Shown: positions 42,222 through 53,216 of the stretch, piece after piece
How positions within the stretch are numbered: position 1 is the first letter of the stretch
How the letters are laid out: each line of letters starts with the position of its first letter
DNA from: an uncultured delta proteobacterium
GTDB taxonomy: Bacteria > Desulfobacterota > Binatia > Binatales > Binataceae
Direction: 5' to 3'
Assembly: GCA_963801665.1 (NCBI GenBank)
Contig: CAWDFL010000003.1
Span: 207,697 to 271,696 of the forward strand
Length of the DNA stretch: 64,000 nucleotides
The notes under the pieces: model-generated
Seen by the model: only the letters and a program-made list of their open reading frames with translations
Databases searched by the model: none
What the model was told of the DNA's origin: nothing
Translations under genes and position numbers: made by a program

Positions 42222-42594
42222 GGAACGGACAGTCGCGATCGCGGCACTTGGCGCTCTCGCCCAGGAAACCCGCCTCGACATCTTTCGCTTGTTGGTGCAG
42301 CAGGGTCCCGGCGGGATGGCGGCCGGCCAAATCGGCGAGCGGCTGGGTCTTGCGCCACCGACGCTGTCGTTTCACTTAAACCAGCTCCGCTTCGCCGGGC
42401 TGGTGGCGCATCGGCGCGAGAGCCGATCGATCGTTTACCGCGCCAATTTCCAGGCGATGAACGAACTGCTCGGGTACTTGACCGAGAACTGCTGCGGAGG
42501 ACGGCCTGAAATCTGCGCCGCTGCCTCATGCGCGCCCGAGCGCCTATCAAAATCCAAAGCCTTAAAGTCCAAACGAAGGAGCAGGACTGTATGA
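42220..42594 (+). CDS. arsR: Arsenic-responsive ArsR repressor (C-terminal CC type)
   Basis: ALAQETRLDIFRLLV, TLSFHL, YLTENCCGG. Confidence 0.9.
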   Translation: MERTVAIAALGALAQETRLDIFRLLVQQGPGGMAAGQIGERLGLAPPTLSFHLNQLRFAGLVAHRRESRSIVYRANFQAMNELLGYLTENCCGGRPEICAAASCAPERLSKSKALKSKRRSRTV

Positions 42595-43091
42595 AGCGTT
42601 TTCATGTACATGTTGCAGTCGCTGATCTGGCGGACTCGATCCGCTTTTACTCGACGCTGTTCGGCAGCGGCCCAACGGTTCGCAAGGACGATTACGCGAA
42701 ATGGATGCTCGAAGATCCACGCGTCAACTTCGCGATATCAAAAACTGACAGCACCGCTGGTCTGGATCATCTGGGTATCCAGGTCGATTCGTCGCACGAC
42801 CTCGGCGAGATAGCGGAGCGGCTTGCCGATGCCGCGCGTCCTGTGCTCGAGCAGAAGAACGCCGCGTGCTGCTACGCGCGCTCGGATAAGGCGTGGGCGA
42901 CCGATCCGCAAGGGCTGTCGTGGGAGACGTTCTTCACGACCGGTGAACATACCACCTATGGAAAAGACATTCGCGCGACACGGATCGAGCCTGAAAGGAG
43001 TGCAGCGGCTTCGGGCGCATGCTGCTCAAGTCCGGCTGTCGAGACTGTGGCGACATCGGCGTGCGCCTGCTGCGCGAAACCCGCGGCCTGA
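42591..43091 (+). CDS. ArsI/CadI-family VOC metalloenzyme (putative C-As lyase)
   Basis: MKRFHVHVAV, YAKWMLEDPRVNFAIS, CCYARSDK; Cys-rich tail. Confidence 0.85.
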   Translation: MKRFHVHVAVADLADSIRFYSTLFGSGPTVRKDDYAKWMLEDPRVNFAISKTDSTAGLDHLGIQVDSSHDLGEIAERLADAARPVLEQKNAACCYARSDKAWATDPQGLSWETFFTTGEHTTYGKDIRATRIEPERSAAASGACCSSPAVETVATSACACCAKPAA

Positions 43092-43094
43092 GGC

Positions 43095-43598
43095 GTGGCG
43101 GATCGGATCTACAACGTCCTGTTTCTGTGCACCGGCAATTCCGCGCGCAGCGTAATGGCCGAGTGCGCGATGAACCGATGGGGCCGCGGACGGTTTGTTG
43201 CGCATAGTGCAGGGAGTCATCCGCGCGGCGAGATTCATCCGATAACGCTGGAATTGTTGCGCGGGCTTCAATACGACACGGTCGGACTGCGGAGCAAGAG
43301 CTGGGATGAGTTCGCGCTCCCCGGCAGTCCACGCTTCGATTTCGTCTTTACCGTGTGCGACCGTGCGCGCGGCGAGGTTTGCCCGCTATGGCCCGGGCAG
43401 CCGATCACCGCGCACTGGGGCGCGGCGGATCCTGCGGCGTTTTCAGGAGGCGCGGAGGAACAGCGGCGGTTCTTTTTGCGGATTTATAACGAGCTGGAAA
43501 GTCGCGTGAAAATTTTTGCCAGCCTGCCGCTCGATTCGATCGATCGATTCGCGCTCGAGCGGCGGCTCAATGAAATCGGGCAGCTTAAACCTTCGTGA
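43095..43598 (+). CDS. arsC: Arsenate reductase (LMW-PTP type)
   Basis: [27 protein letters not shown]. Confidence 0.9.
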   Translation: MADRIYNVLFLCTGNSARSVMAECAMNRWGRGRFVAHSAGSHPRGEIHPITLELLRGLQYDTVGLRSKSWDEFALPGSPRFDFVFTVCDRARGEVCPLWPGQPITAHWGAADPAAFSGGAEEQRRFFLRIYNELESRVKIFASLPLDSIDRFALERRLNEIGQLKPS

Positions 43599-44737
43599 CA
43601 ACCAGCATGATCCTCCCTGAATCGAGGCAAGCGTACCGGCGCCTTGGCTTCCTCGATCGATATCTTACCGGCTGGATTTTTTTGGCGATGATCGTGGGAG
43701 TGGTGACAGGGAACCTGTTTCCCGCAGTCAAAACGATCTTCGGCCGAATGAGTATAGGAACCACGTCGATTCCGATCGCGATCGGACTCATTGTGATGAT
43801 GTATCCGCCGCTGGCCAAGGTGAATTACGACGAACTTGGTCTGGTGTTTCGCGACCGGAAGATTCTGGGGCTCTCGCTGGTACAGAACTGGATCATTGGA
43901 CCGGTGCTGATGTTCGCGCTGGCGGTGATTTTCCTGTGCGATCGGCCGGAGTACATGGTCGGCCTGATTCTTATCGGTATTGCGCGCTGTATCGCGATGG
44001 TGATCGTGTGGAACGATCTGGCCGAGGGCGATCCCGATTACTGCGCCGGGCTGGTCGCCTTCAATTCGATCTTCCAGGTATTGTTTTACTCTGCGTATGC
44101 GTTCGTGTTCGTGACGATCGTGCCGCGACGGTTCGGGCTGCATACGATCGCGGTGCATGTGACGATGGCGGATATCGCTGCCAGTGTCGGCATCTATTTG
44201 GGAATCCCATTCGTGGCGGGGTTTGCGAGCTGGAAAATCCTGGCCGGCCGCATGGGTCAGACCTGGTACCGCGAATGCTTCGTGCCACGGATAAGCCCGC
44301 TTACGCTCGTGTTCCTGCTGTTTACGATCGTCGTAATGTTCTCGATCAAGGGCGCCGCGATCATGCGGCTTCCGCTCGACGTCACCCGGATCGCGGTTCC
44401 TCTGCTGCTGTACTTTGTGATCATGTTCGCGACGTCATTTGCGCTGAGCCGGTTTGCAGGCGCGAGCTATCCGCAAACCGTGACCCTGTCATTCACCGCC
44501 GCGTCCAACAATTTCGAGCTGGCGATCGCGGTGGCGGTCGCGACTTTCGGAATCGAAAGCGGAGCCGCCTTCGCCGCTGTGATCGGACCGCTGATCGAAG
44601 TACCGGTGATGATCGGCCTCGTGGACGTCGCGCGATGGGCGCGCGCTAGATATTTTCCAGAATCTGAGGCGCGTCTGGGATCGGTAGAATGTTGCTCGGT
44701 GATCCCAGAGTCCACGACGATCAAGAATCGCGCGTAG
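43595..44737 (+). CDS. acr3: Acr3-family arsenite efflux permease
   Basis: [38 protein letters not shown]. Confidence 0.92.
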   Translation: MTTSMILPESRQAYRRLGFLDRYLTGWIFLAMIVGVVTGNLFPAVKTIFGRMSIGTTSIPIAIGLIVMMYPPLAKVNYDELGLVFRDRKILGLSLVQNWIIGPVLMFALAVIFLCDRPEYMVGLILIGIARCIAMVIVWNDLAEGDPDYCAGLVAFNSIFQVLFYSAYAFVFVTIVPRRFGLHTIAVHVTMADIAASVGIYLGIPFVAGFASWKILAGRMGQTWYRECFVPRISPLTLVFLLFTIVVMFSIKGAAIMRLPLDVTRIAVPLLLYFVIMFATSFALSRFAGASYPQTVTLSFTAASNNFELAIAVAVATFGIESGAAFAAVIGPLIEVPVMIGLVDVARWARARYFPESEARLGSVECCSVIPESTTIKNRA

Positions 44738-44788
44738 GTCTCAGCTCCCCGACGGACAAATCCGTCGTCGTCGGCCGGGCGCCGTTCT

Positions 44789-45196
44789 TTAATGGCCGCC
44801 GGGGTTGAACGCGAATTCGAGTTTGAGGCCGTCTGGGTCGGCGAAGAAAACCGCGTAGTAGTTCGGTGGGTAGTACAGCGCCGGCGGGTCGAGAATCACG
44901 GCTCCCATTTCTTGGAGCAAGACGTAAAGACCGTCAACCTCTGCACGACTATTTGCCCTGAATGCCAGGTGATGCAGACCCGCTGAATAGCGATCATGCT
45001 TTTTTCGAGCGCTTTGCGGTCGCGCCGCATGAAGCATGATCCCGGTGGCGTCGTCGCCGGCCGGAGCAAATCCCAAGTCCTGCGCGCTGTCTTTACTCAT
45101 CCGGTAACCGAGATATTCCATCACCGGTTGATAGAAGCGCTTCGTCGCCGCGAGGTCAGTTGCCGTTAAATCGATGTGATGGATCGTCCGCGCCAT
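44789..45196 (-). CDS. VOC family protein
   Basis: IHHIDLT, GLHHLAFRA, YYAVFFADPDGLKLE. Confidence 0.8.
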   Translation of the reverse strand: MARTIHHIDLTATDLAATKRFYQPVMEYLGYRMSKDSAQDLGFAPAGDDATGIMLHAARPQSARKKHDRYSAGLHHLAFRANSRAEVDGLYVLLQEMGAVILDPPALYYPPNYYAVFFADPDGLKLEFAFNPGGH

Positions 45197-45849
45197 TCTG
45201 TTCTCACGCAGCTGACGCCGGCTGACGTTCTTGGCGTGGGCAGTGATGCGATCTTCGACGCGATTTCCTGCGCGAGATCGCCCAAAGCTGTGCTCATCGC
45301 GGCTACGACGGCAGTGGTGCCGGGCGAGGCGGCGGTCGCGGTGAAGGTCGAGTCCGTCACGTAGAGCATCTTGCCGAGGTGATCGAGGATCTGCCAATGC
45401 GCGGTCAGCGTGACGGTGCCGGAGCCGTCGCTCTCGAAGCGGTAAACGTCGAGCTGTACCTGGTAATCGATCGTCGCGGTCTGGTACCACGGAAAAAATA
45501 CGATGCGTTGAGTGCCGAGCGTCGCACCCAGGTCCTGCGCGAACACCTGGGTAAAGTTGCCGTCGAGTCCCTCCGCCCAGCGATCGGTGCCGGACAGAAC
45601 CATCCGGTTCGGAGCGACTCGGGTTACGATTTCCTGGCGCTCGAGATAATCGGGCAGCTTGATCGGACCGACTCCGATCACCATCGCGCTGCTACCCGCC
45701 GAGGGTGCTGAAGGTGCGGCGGCGATCGGCGAGAGCACGAAGAATTTCGAATCGTCGGGCCGCGGCTGAAGGCCGAGCGAGCAGCCGCCGGCCGCGGCAC
45801 CCGTGATGGCCAGAATTGCGATCGCGGCGAATTGCGCGGCGCGCTTCAT
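45166..45849 (-). CDS. PqiC-family ABC auxiliary lipoprotein
   Basis: Lipobox AGGC; GPIKLPDYLER, RWAEGL. Confidence 0.8.
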   Translation of the reverse strand: MKRAAQFAAIAILAITGAAAGGCSLGLQPRPDDSKFFVLSPIAAAPSAPSAGSSAMVIGVGPIKLPDYLERQEIVTRVAPNRMVLSGTDRWAEGLDGNFTQVFAQDLGATLGTQRIVFFPWYQTATIDYQVQLDVYRFESDGSGTVTLTAHWQILDHLGKMLYVTDSTFTATAASPGTTAVVAAMSTALGDLAQEIASKIASLPTPRTSAGVSCVRTEWRGRSITSI

Positions 45850-46835
45850 TTCAAAACCCCCTTCGATTCTTCCGGTTGCGCGCGTCCGCGTAACACCGAG
45901 CTCGGGTTACGTTGCAGGTAGTCGGTCAATTGCTTGAGTGAGCGCGCGGCCTGCGCGGTGTCCTGGAGCGTCTGCGTCAGCTCGTAATTGACCGGCGAGC
46001 CCGGCCCTACCGACGCCTGCACGGCAGCCAGCGTGTCCTGAGTCTGCCTGAGAGTCTGGCGCGCCTGATCGGTTGTCGCGACCAGGCTCTTCGAGATCGG
46101 ATCAACCTTCCGGTTGAGCGTATCGGACAAGCGCTGGATGCTTTGTGCGCTGGAACTGAGGCTGTTGGCCGTGCGATTGAGCGCGTCGATTGAGGCGTTG
46201 AGCTTGGGTGAAGTCACGAGATTGGTCACCGCCTCCATGGTTTTGGTCACTTCCTTGACCAACTTGTTGAAATCGATTTGCTCGAGTGCGGTCAGAACCT
46301 TGGTGATCGCGATCTGCGCCTGTTCGAAGGTGGTGGGCAGCGTCGGAATTTCGGGATAGGGAGAATTCTTGCCGAGAAAGAACTTGGCCGGATCCTGCGG
46401 ATGCATATCGAGGTCGACATATTGCAGGCCGGTCAGGATGCTCTCGGTCGCGAGCTGTCCGCGCAGGCCCATCGCGATCGCCTGCTGCATCTCTTCCGGA
46501 TCTTCCAGGTTGACCTCCGCGCCGTGGCTTATCAGCTTGGCCGAGTCGAGCTCGATCACGACCGGGATTCTGATCTGGGAATTGGTCTGCGTAAGGCTGC
46601 CTTCCATTCCCGGCACGCTCAGCATCACCGCGACCACCGAGCCGATCTCGACGCCGCGAAACTTGACCGGTGCGCCGACGCGCAGGCCGTTAACGTCGCT
46701 GCTGAAGTACAGCACGAAGCGATGCGAGCGGCGAAAAATATTGCCGCCGCCGATCACGATTATTCCGATAACCACCAGAGCCAGGGCGCCCAGAACGAAC
46801 ACGCCCACCATGGTTGGATTGACTTTCTTGCCCAT
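45846..46835 (-). CDS. MCE/MlaD-family protein
   Basis: N-terminal TM, GLRVGAPVKFRGVEIGSV, helical tail ending RNPSSVLRG. Confidence 0.85.
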   Translation of the reverse strand: MGKKVNPTMVGVFVLGALALVVIGIIVIGGGNIFRRSHRFVLYFSSDVNGLRVGAPVKFRGVEIGSVVAVMLSVPGMEGSLTQTNSQIRIPVVIELDSAKLISHGAEVNLEDPEEMQQAIAMGLRGQLATESILTGLQYVDLDMHPQDPAKFFLGKNSPYPEIPTLPTTFEQAQIAITKVLTALEQIDFNKLVKEVTKTMEAVTNLVTSPKLNASIDALNRTANSLSSSAQSIQRLSDTLNRKVDPISKSLVATTDQARQTLRQTQDTLAAVQASVGPGSPVNYELTQTLQDTAQAARSLKQLTDYLQRNPSSVLRGRAQPEESKGVLK

Positions 46836-46838
46836 CGA

Positions 46839-47687
46839 TTATTTTCCCGCCTTGCCGCCCTCCGCCGCTTCAGGTTCGCCTTCGGCGCCGCGGGTGAGAA
46901 AACGGCGCACACGAGGATCGGTCGAGTGTTCGAGCAACTCGCGAGGATTGCCGTGGGCAATCGCGGTATGGCTGTCGGCGTCGAGGAAGATACTGTCGTC
47001 GCCGATCGCGAAGATGCTCGCGAGCTCGTGCGACACCACCACGACCGTGGCGCCGAGCGAGTCGCGGATTTCAAGGATCAATTCATCGAGCAGGCGCGAA
47101 CTGATCGGGTCGAGCCCGGCCGACGGTTCGTCGAAGAACAGGATTTCCGGATCGAGCGCGATCGCGCGCGCGAGGCCTGCGCGCTTCTGCATCCCGCCGC
47201 TGATCTGGCTCGGGTAGTAGTCCTCGAAACCCTTTAGCCCGACCAGCGATAATTTGAGCGACGCGACTTCGCGAATTTCCGCGCCCGAAAGATCCGTGAA
47301 CTCTTCGAGCGGAAGCCCGATGTTCTCGGCCAGCGTCATCGAGCTCCACAGCGCTCCGCCTTGGTAAAGCACACCGAAGCGCCGGAGCTGTTGCTCGCGG
47401 GCCTCGGGTCCGGCACGGGTGAAGTTCAGGTCGCCGTAAAAGATTTCTCCTGTGGCCGGCTCCCTGAGACCGATTAGATGGTTTAAGAGTGTGCTTTTGC
47501 CGCATCCGCTGCCGCCCATGATAATAAATACGGCGCTGCGCTTGACCTCGAAATTAAGATTGCGCATCAGGACGAAATCGCCGTACGCCATCGTGAGGTT
47601 GCGCACGACGATGTCAGGCTCGGCGGACTTTGTGCGCGGGCGCGCGGTCTGGATGCTCTGGGTCTCGCTCAAACGTTTCTCCGCCAA
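46839..47687 (-). CDS. MlaF-like ABC ATPase
   Basis: GGSGCGKS, ISGGMQKR, FDEPSAGLDP. Confidence 0.9.
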   Translation of the reverse strand: MAEKRLSETQSIQTARPRTKSAEPDIVVRNLTMAYGDFVLMRNLNFEVKRSAVFIIMGGSGCGKSTLLNHLIGLREPATGEIFYGDLNFTRAGPEAREQQLRRFGVLYQGGALWSSMTLAENIGLPLEEFTDLSGAEIREVASLKLSLVGLKGFEDYYPSQISGGMQKRAGLARAIALDPEILFFDEPSAGLDPISSRLLDELILEIRDSLGATVVVVSHELASIFAIGDDSIFLDADSHTAIAHGNPRELLEHSTDPRVRRFLTRGAEGEPEAAEGGKAGK

Positions 47688-48839
47688 TCAGATTCCAAGA
47701 ATGTTGAACAGTACCGCAAAAACTCCGCATGCCACGACGACATAAACGATTCCGGTGACCACTGCGCTGGTAGCCGCGTCGCCGACCGCCGAGCTGCTGT
47801 TGCCGCACTGGAATCCGCGCAGGCATCCGGCGGTCCCGATAATTGCGCCATACACTGTCGCCTTGAAAATTCCGCCGAACACTCCGCCCAGCTCGATTGC
47901 CGCGATAGTTTCGCGCATGTAGCTGCCGAGAGAAATATTAAGCATCCCGGCTCCCACCGCGGCTCCGCCGAGAATTCCCAGCATGTCCGAGTAAACGCAC
48001 AAAAGCGGCATCATCAGGATCAGCGCGAGCACGCGCGGCACTACCAGGAACTCCATCGGCGCAAGGCCCATCGTGGTCAGCGCGTCGATCTCTTGGGTGA
48101 CCTTCATCGAGCCGAGTTGCGCGGCAAACGCGGCGCCGGTGCGTCCCGCCATGATGATCGCGGTCATCATCGCGCCCATGTCCCGCACCATGCCGATCGC
48201 GACCAGGTCGGCGACGTAGATCGAGGCGCCGAACTGCTGCAACTGCACCGCGCCCATGAAGGCCAGAATCACGCCGACCAGGAAGCTGATCAGCGTGACG
48301 ATTCCGAACGCGCGCGCGCCGCAATCCTGGATTTCGATCATCAGATCGACGCGCCGGAATCTCGCTTTGCCGCTGATCAAACGGCCAAACGCGATCGCGA
48401 GCGCGCCCAGGAACGCGACGAACTCGTCGAGACCCTGTGCGTACTTGATGGTCGCGCGGCCGACCCGCTCGACGAACGGGCCCGTCTCAACTTTGGTCTC
48501 CGCGTCCTTGTTTTCAGGGACCGCCTCGGCCAGGTCGATCAGCCGCTTGACCCCGGCGGGCAGGCCGGAGACGTCAGTGTCTATTTTGCGCGTCTTGCAG
48601 GTGTCGATCGCGCGAGTGACGAAGATCAGCAGGCCCGAATCCCAATCCCCAAGGTCGCTCGCCTCGAACACGACGCGCCGGACGTCGCCCGAGCGCATCA
48701 GTTCCCGGTTCAGCAGATCTCCCGTCGGCAGCCCGTGGCGCATCCGCCACGAGCCCGAAAGATGAATGGTAAGCGAGGAGCCGGAGCCCCGCTCGAAGGT
48801 GACGGAGCCGGTGTCGGCGGCCTTGCGCTCAGCCGGCAT
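47688..48839 (-). CDS. MlaE-family ABC permease with N-terminal STAS-like domain
   Basis: WDSG, AGRTGAAFAAQLGSMK...EIDAL, VGDAATSAVV. Confidence 0.88.
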   Translation of the reverse strand: MPAERKAADTGSVTFERGSGSSLTIHLSGSWRMRHGLPTGDLLNRELMRSGDVRRVVFEASDLGDWDSGLLIFVTRAIDTCKTRKIDTDVSGLPAGVKRLIDLAEAVPENKDAETKVETGPFVERVGRATIKYAQGLDEFVAFLGALAIAFGRLISGKARFRRVDLMIEIQDCGARAFGIVTLISFLVGVILAFMGAVQLQQFGASIYVADLVAIGMVRDMGAMMTAIIMAGRTGAAFAAQLGSMKVTQEIDALTTMGLAPMEFLVVPRVLALILMMPLLCVYSDMLGILGGAAVGAGMLNISLGSYMRETIAAIELGGVFGGIFKATVYGAIIGTAGCLRGFQCGNSSSAVGDAATSAVVTGIVYVVVACGVFAVLFNILGI

Positions 48840-48950
48840 AGGGCGGCTCGGTCTGTGAAGGGACGGGTAGCATCACTCCCGCGATCTTACCGAATATCGC
48901 AAGGCAATGCGCCTATGTCTTATGCGCGCGATGGCAGCGAGCAACGCAGG

Positions 48951-49739
48951 CTAGCGCGGAGCAAATGACCAGGTTCGGGCGATGGCCCGGCTAAGGAATT
49001 TGCTTACCGCCGCGTTGAAAGCCTCTGGTTGGTCGATATTAGCGGCATGTCCGGCGCCGGCGAGGACAACCTTTTCTGCGCCGGGAATTTTCGCCGCCAT
49101 GTAGTCGGCGGAGGGCAAAAACCGCTCGTCCGATGCGCCGACCAGGACCAGGGTCGGCACGCGAATGGCCGGCAGCGACTCGATCGCGCTGCCGTCGCGC
49201 TGCGCCAGCATCCCTCGGGCTGCGTGTGCGAGTCCTTGCGCGCTGCGATGTTGCGCTACGCGCGTCTCTGGGCTGCCCGTCGTCGCGTCAATTCCGTTTC
49301 GCTCGAAATTGCGCGCCGTCGCGTCGGTCATGCGGTTCCACTCCTGGCGTGGGCCGTCTTTCTTGTAACCGGGCCCGGTGTCGAAGAGCATCAGCGCGAT
49401 AGTGCGTTCTGGATGAGCCAGATGAAACGCTAGCGACATGAATCCGCCCAGCGAAAGGCCCGCGATAACTGCGCGCTCGGCGCCGCACGCGTCGAGCACG
49501 GCCGCCATATCGGCGACAGTCGCCTCATGCGAATACAGCGCGGGATCATCCGGCGAGTCCGAACGATCGTGACCGCGCATATCCCACGCGATCATGTGAT
49601 AGCGATCCGACAGCGCGTCCATCTGCCCGCGCCACATCCGCGCGCTCGCGCTGTACCCGTGCGAGAGCAGCACGGCGGGTCCGGCGCCGCGCTCTTCGTA
49701 ATAGATTTTCACTCCGTGATCGCGTTCGAGATATGGCAT
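48951..49739 (-). CDS. Alpha/beta-fold hydrolase
   Basis: SHG, DMRGH, GLSLGG, AGH. Confidence 0.85.
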   Translation of the reverse strand: MPYLERDHGVKIYYEERGAGPAVLLSHGYSASARMWRGQMDALSDRYHMIAWDMRGHDRSDSPDDPALYSHEATVADMAAVLDACGAERAVIAGLSLGGFMSLAFHLAHPERTIALMLFDTGPGYKKDGPRQEWNRMTDATARNFERNGIDATTGSPETRVAQHRSAQGLAHAARGMLAQRDGSAIESLPAIRVPTLVLVGASDERFLPSADYMAAKIPGAEKVVLAGAGHAANIDQPEAFNAAVSKFLSRAIARTWSFAPR

Positions 49740-49829
49740 CGATGCATCATCCTCGCGTCGTTGGTCGGTGCAAGGTTACTGATTAGTCGGTAGTCGAATC
49801 ACGCCGCGCTTGCAACGGTCGATGCGTTG

Positions 49830-51347
49830 TCAGGAATCCCAGTCGAGACCGACGAGCGCGGCGATTCGGCGTATGTCTACATGTGCTTCCAGCATATCGG
49901 CCAGCCGATCGAAAGCCGCGCTATGATCGGGCGTGGAAGCGGAGCGCTCGGACTCCGCCAGCGGATCGAGTCCCTTCGACTTGCGAACCGCGTCGACAAA
50001 CGAGCGCCGGAAATCGGGTGCGTCAAAAATTCCGTGGATTGAGGTTCCGATAACTCTTCCGTCAGCCGATTGCGCGCCGTCGAAATCCTGCACAGCGCTG
50101 TGGCCGCGGCTGCCGATCCTGAAGAGAGCGCTCGCGGCTGTTACGCCCGTGATCCGTCCGGAGTGGATTTCATATCCTTCGATCGAGAGGCCCGTAGGCA
50201 GGTGAACTGCGGTCACGCGATCGGTGATCTTTTCGGGCGCGAAGATCGTTTCGATTTCGAGCAGTCCAAGGCCAACGGTCTCCGCCTCACTGCTCTCGAC
50301 GTGGTCGCGATCGACGATGCGCCGGCCGAGCATCTGGTAGCCCCCGCAGATTCCGAGCACAAAGCCTCCACGCCGCAGGCAGCGCACCAGATAATCTTCC
50401 CATCCCGCGCCGCGTAGCCACTTGAGGTCGGCGACGGTGGTCTTTGATCCGGGCAGAATCAGGACGTCAGCTTCGGGAGCAGACACGGGATCGCTCAGAT
50501 AGCGAACCGCGACGTCCGGCTCGCTCTCGAGCGGCTCGAAGTCGGTATAGTTGGATATCTCCGGCAAGCGCACGACTCCGATTTGCACTGCCGCTTCGGT
50601 GGGCGCCGGTGCGCGCGTTTCGAGCGAAGCCGAATCCTCCTGCGGGATGCCGAGGTTCCGCTCGTAAGGGATCACTCCCAACACTGAGATTCCGGTGCGC
50701 TCCGCAAGGAAGCTGGGACCGGGGTCGAGCAGGGTGCGATCGCCGCGAAATTTGTTGATCAGCAGTCCCTTAACGAGCCGCCGCTCGGACGCGCTGAGCA
50801 GCTCGACGGTTCCGACGAGCGATGCGAATACGCCGCCCTTATCGATATCGCCAACTATCAGGACCGCTGCATTCGCGAGATCCGCGACCTCCCAATTGGC
50901 CAGGTCGCGATGGCGCAGATTGATCTCCGCCGCGCCGCCCGCGCCCTCGACGATGATCAGGTCGAAGCTTTCCGCGAGCGAATTGTAGCTGCGCACGATT
51001 TCCGGCCACGCGTTCTCGCGATATCGATCGTGCTCCTGCCAGGCGTTGATGCGAAAGCGCGCCCCGCCGCCGATAACCACCTGGCATCCGGAAGCGCTCT
51101 CCGGTTTGAGCAAGACCGGATTCATCTCGACCGACGGCTCAAGCCCGCAGGCCATCGCTTGTACCCATTGCGCACGGCCAATCTCGCCGCCGCCGGCGCA
51201 TACCGCGGCGTTGTTCGACATGTTCTGCGATTTGAATGGCGCAACGCGGATACCGCGGCGCGCGAATGCGCGGCACAAGCCAGTCACGATGACGCTTTTG
51301 CCGACATCCGATGCCGTTCCCATCACCATAAGGCTTCGCGCGCGCAT
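49830..51347 (-). CDS. cobQ: Cobyric acid synthase
   Basis: GTASDVGKS, PFKSQNMS, EGAG, SNYTDF, GICGGYQMLG, GYEIH. Confidence 0.93.
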   Translation of the reverse strand: MRARSLMVMGTASDVGKSVIVTGLCRAFARRGIRVAPFKSQNMSNNAAVCAGGGEIGRAQWVQAMACGLEPSVEMNPVLLKPESASGCQVVIGGGARFRINAWQEHDRYRENAWPEIVRSYNSLAESFDLIIVEGAGGAAEINLRHRDLANWEVADLANAAVLIVGDIDKGGVFASLVGTVELLSASERRLVKGLLINKFRGDRTLLDPGPSFLAERTGISVLGVIPYERNLGIPQEDSASLETRAPAPTEAAVQIGVVRLPEISNYTDFEPLESEPDVAVRYLSDPVSAPEADVLILPGSKTTVADLKWLRGAGWEDYLVRCLRRGGFVLGICGGYQMLGRRIVDRDHVESSEAETVGLGLLEIETIFAPEKITDRVTAVHLPTGLSIEGYEIHSGRITGVTAASALFRIGSRGHSAVQDFDGAQSADGRVIGTSIHGIFDAPDFRRSFVDAVRKSKGLDPLAESERSASTPDHSAAFDRLADMLEAHVDIRRIAALVGLDWDS

Positions 51348-51353
51348 CGGCGA

Positions 51354-53216
51354 TCACGCGCTCGCTGGCCGAGATTGTTCGTACTGTTTGATTCTTTCGA
51401 GCAGACGGGCGCCGAAATCGGCGAGCTTCCGTTCGCCCATCCCGCGAATCGCGCGCAACTGCTCGATGGTCGAGGGACGCGCACGTGCGAGATCGCGCAG
51501 CGTCGAATCATGCAGAATCACGAAGGCTGCGACCGAGCGCTCGACCGCGATCTCGCGGCGCAACTCGCGCAGGCTTTCGTATAGGGCTTCATCCACGTCG
51601 CGCCAACTGGTTTCCTCCAGGCGCGTGCGCGCGGCCCTTGGCTTCTTCGCCTGGAGCAGCTTGACCGAACGCTTGCCGCGCAGAACCGCCCACGAATCGG
51701 CATTGAGCTTAAGGATCGGACGATCGCCGCCGGTGCGCTCGAGAAGTGATGCGTCCACGAGTTGATAGATCAGATTGGTGATCGTCTTGCGCGGAAGATC
51801 CTTCAGCAGTCCGTACGTGGAAAGCTGCTCATGACGCCATCGGCGCACCCGCTCGCTATCGGCCCCGATCAGCACGTCGACCACCTGTTCGACGCCGAAG
51901 CGCTGCTCGACCCGGGCGACGCAGGAGAGCACCTTCTGCGCGAGAATAGTCGCGTCCGCCACGCCTTCCACTTCGCCCAAACATTGGTCGCACGCGCCGC
52001 AATTCGGATTGGTGTACTGCTCGCCGAAATAGCCGGACAGCGCGGCGTGGCGGCATCCGACGACCGTGGCGTAGCGGCGGATCTGTTCGAGCAGCTCGTT
52101 TGCGCTTTCGAGCACCTGCGCGGGAAACTCCGCTTCGGCGGCGCTGCGTTCGAGCAGCCCCTGCCAGCGCATCGCGTCCGCCGCGGAGTAGAACAGGACG
52201 CACTCCGCCGGCAGACCGTCGCGTCCGGCGCGGCCAGTCTCTTGCTGATAGTGTTCGATCGATTTCGGCAGCGCCGCGTGGATCACGCAGCGGATATCGC
52301 TGCGGTCGATACCCATCCCAAAGGCGACTGTCGCCACGACGACGTCGATCTCCTCGGCGGCGAAGCGGTCCTGCGCGCGGCGGCGCTCGTCGGCTTCCAT
52401 GCCGGCGTGATAGTGCGCGGCGCGAAAGCCCGCATCCGCCAGGTACGCCGCCATCGTCTCGGTGTCCTTTCGCGAGATGCAGTAAACGATCACCGCCTCG
52501 CCCGCGTGGCGGCGCACGACCTCCGCGACCTGCGCCTTGACGGAATTTTTCGGAATTACGCGGTAGAGAAGGTTCGGCCGATCGAAAGAGCCGACCAGCA
52601 CTGCCGGATCCTTGAGCCCAAGTTGCTTGACGATATCGTGGCGCACGCGCTCGGTCGCCGTCGCCGTGTATGCGTGCAGGCTCGCGTTTGCGAACCGGGT
52701 CTTCAATTCCGCGAGCTGGCGATACTCAGGCCGAAAATCATGGCCCCACTGGCTGATGCAGTGAGCCTCGTCGATCGCGAAGGTGCCGACGCCGATTCGC
52801 TGCGCCAGCTCGCTAAACCGCGGCGTGAGCATCCGCTCCGGCGCGACGAAGATAAGATGCGGACGGTTCGTCGCAATCTCGCGCTCGGCGTCGCGAATCT
52901 GCGCGAAATCCATTCCACTATGCAGCGCGATCGCCGGATAGCCGCATGCGCGCAACGCGTCCACCTGATCCTTCATCAGAGCGATGAGCGGCGAGACGAC
53001 GATATCGGTGCGTCCCGCGACCGCAGGCGGCACCTGGTAGCACAGCGACTTGCCGCCTCCCGTCGGCATCACGACCAGCGAATCGCGGCGATCAAGGCCG
53101 GCCTTGATCGCCTCTGCCTGCAGCGCGCGCAGGCTCTCAAAGCCCCAGAAGCGGCGCACGGTGGCGAGAACCGCGTCCGACGCGCGATGCGCCGAAGGCG
53201 TAACGTCAAGCGTCAC
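51354..53216 (-). CDS. recQ: ATP-dependent DNA helicase RecQ
   Basis: MPTGGGKSLCYQ, DEAHCISQWGHDFRPEY, QETGRAGRDG, RQC cysteines, HRDC domain. Confidence 0.95.
   Translation of the reverse strand: MTLDVTPSAHRASDAVLATVRRFWGFESLRALQAEAIKAGLDRRDSLVVMPTGGGKSLCYQVPPAVAGRTDIVVSPLIALMKDQVDALRACGYPAIALHSGMDFAQIRDAEREIATNRPHLIFVAPERMLTPRFSELAQRIGVGTFAIDEAHCISQWGHDFRPEYRQLAELKTRFANASLHAYTATATERVRHDIVKQLGLKDPAVLVGSFDRPNLLYRVIPKNSVKAQVAEVVRRHAGEAVIVYCISRKDTETMAAYLADAGFRAAHYHAGMEADERRRAQDRFAAEEIDVVVATVAFGMGIDRSDIRCVIHAALPKSIEHYQQETGRAGRDGLPAECVLFYSAADAMRWQGLLERSAAEAEFPAQVLESANELLEQIRRYATVVGCRHAALSGYFGEQYTNPNCGACDQCLGEVEGVADATILAQKVLSCVARVEQRFGVEQVVDVLIGADSERVRRWRHEQLSTYGLLKDLPRKTITNLIYQLVDASLLERTGGDRPILKLNADSWAVLRGKRSVKLLQAKKPRAARTRLEETSWRDVDEALYESLRELRREIAVERSVAAFVILHDSTLRDLARARPSTIEQLRAIRGMGERKLADFGARLLERIKQYEQSRPASA

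Noticed and set aside
51348-51353. Cobalamin riboswitch or B12 operon around cobQ
   Set aside because: cobQ starts 6 nt after recQ with no leader, and no other cob genes are in the window
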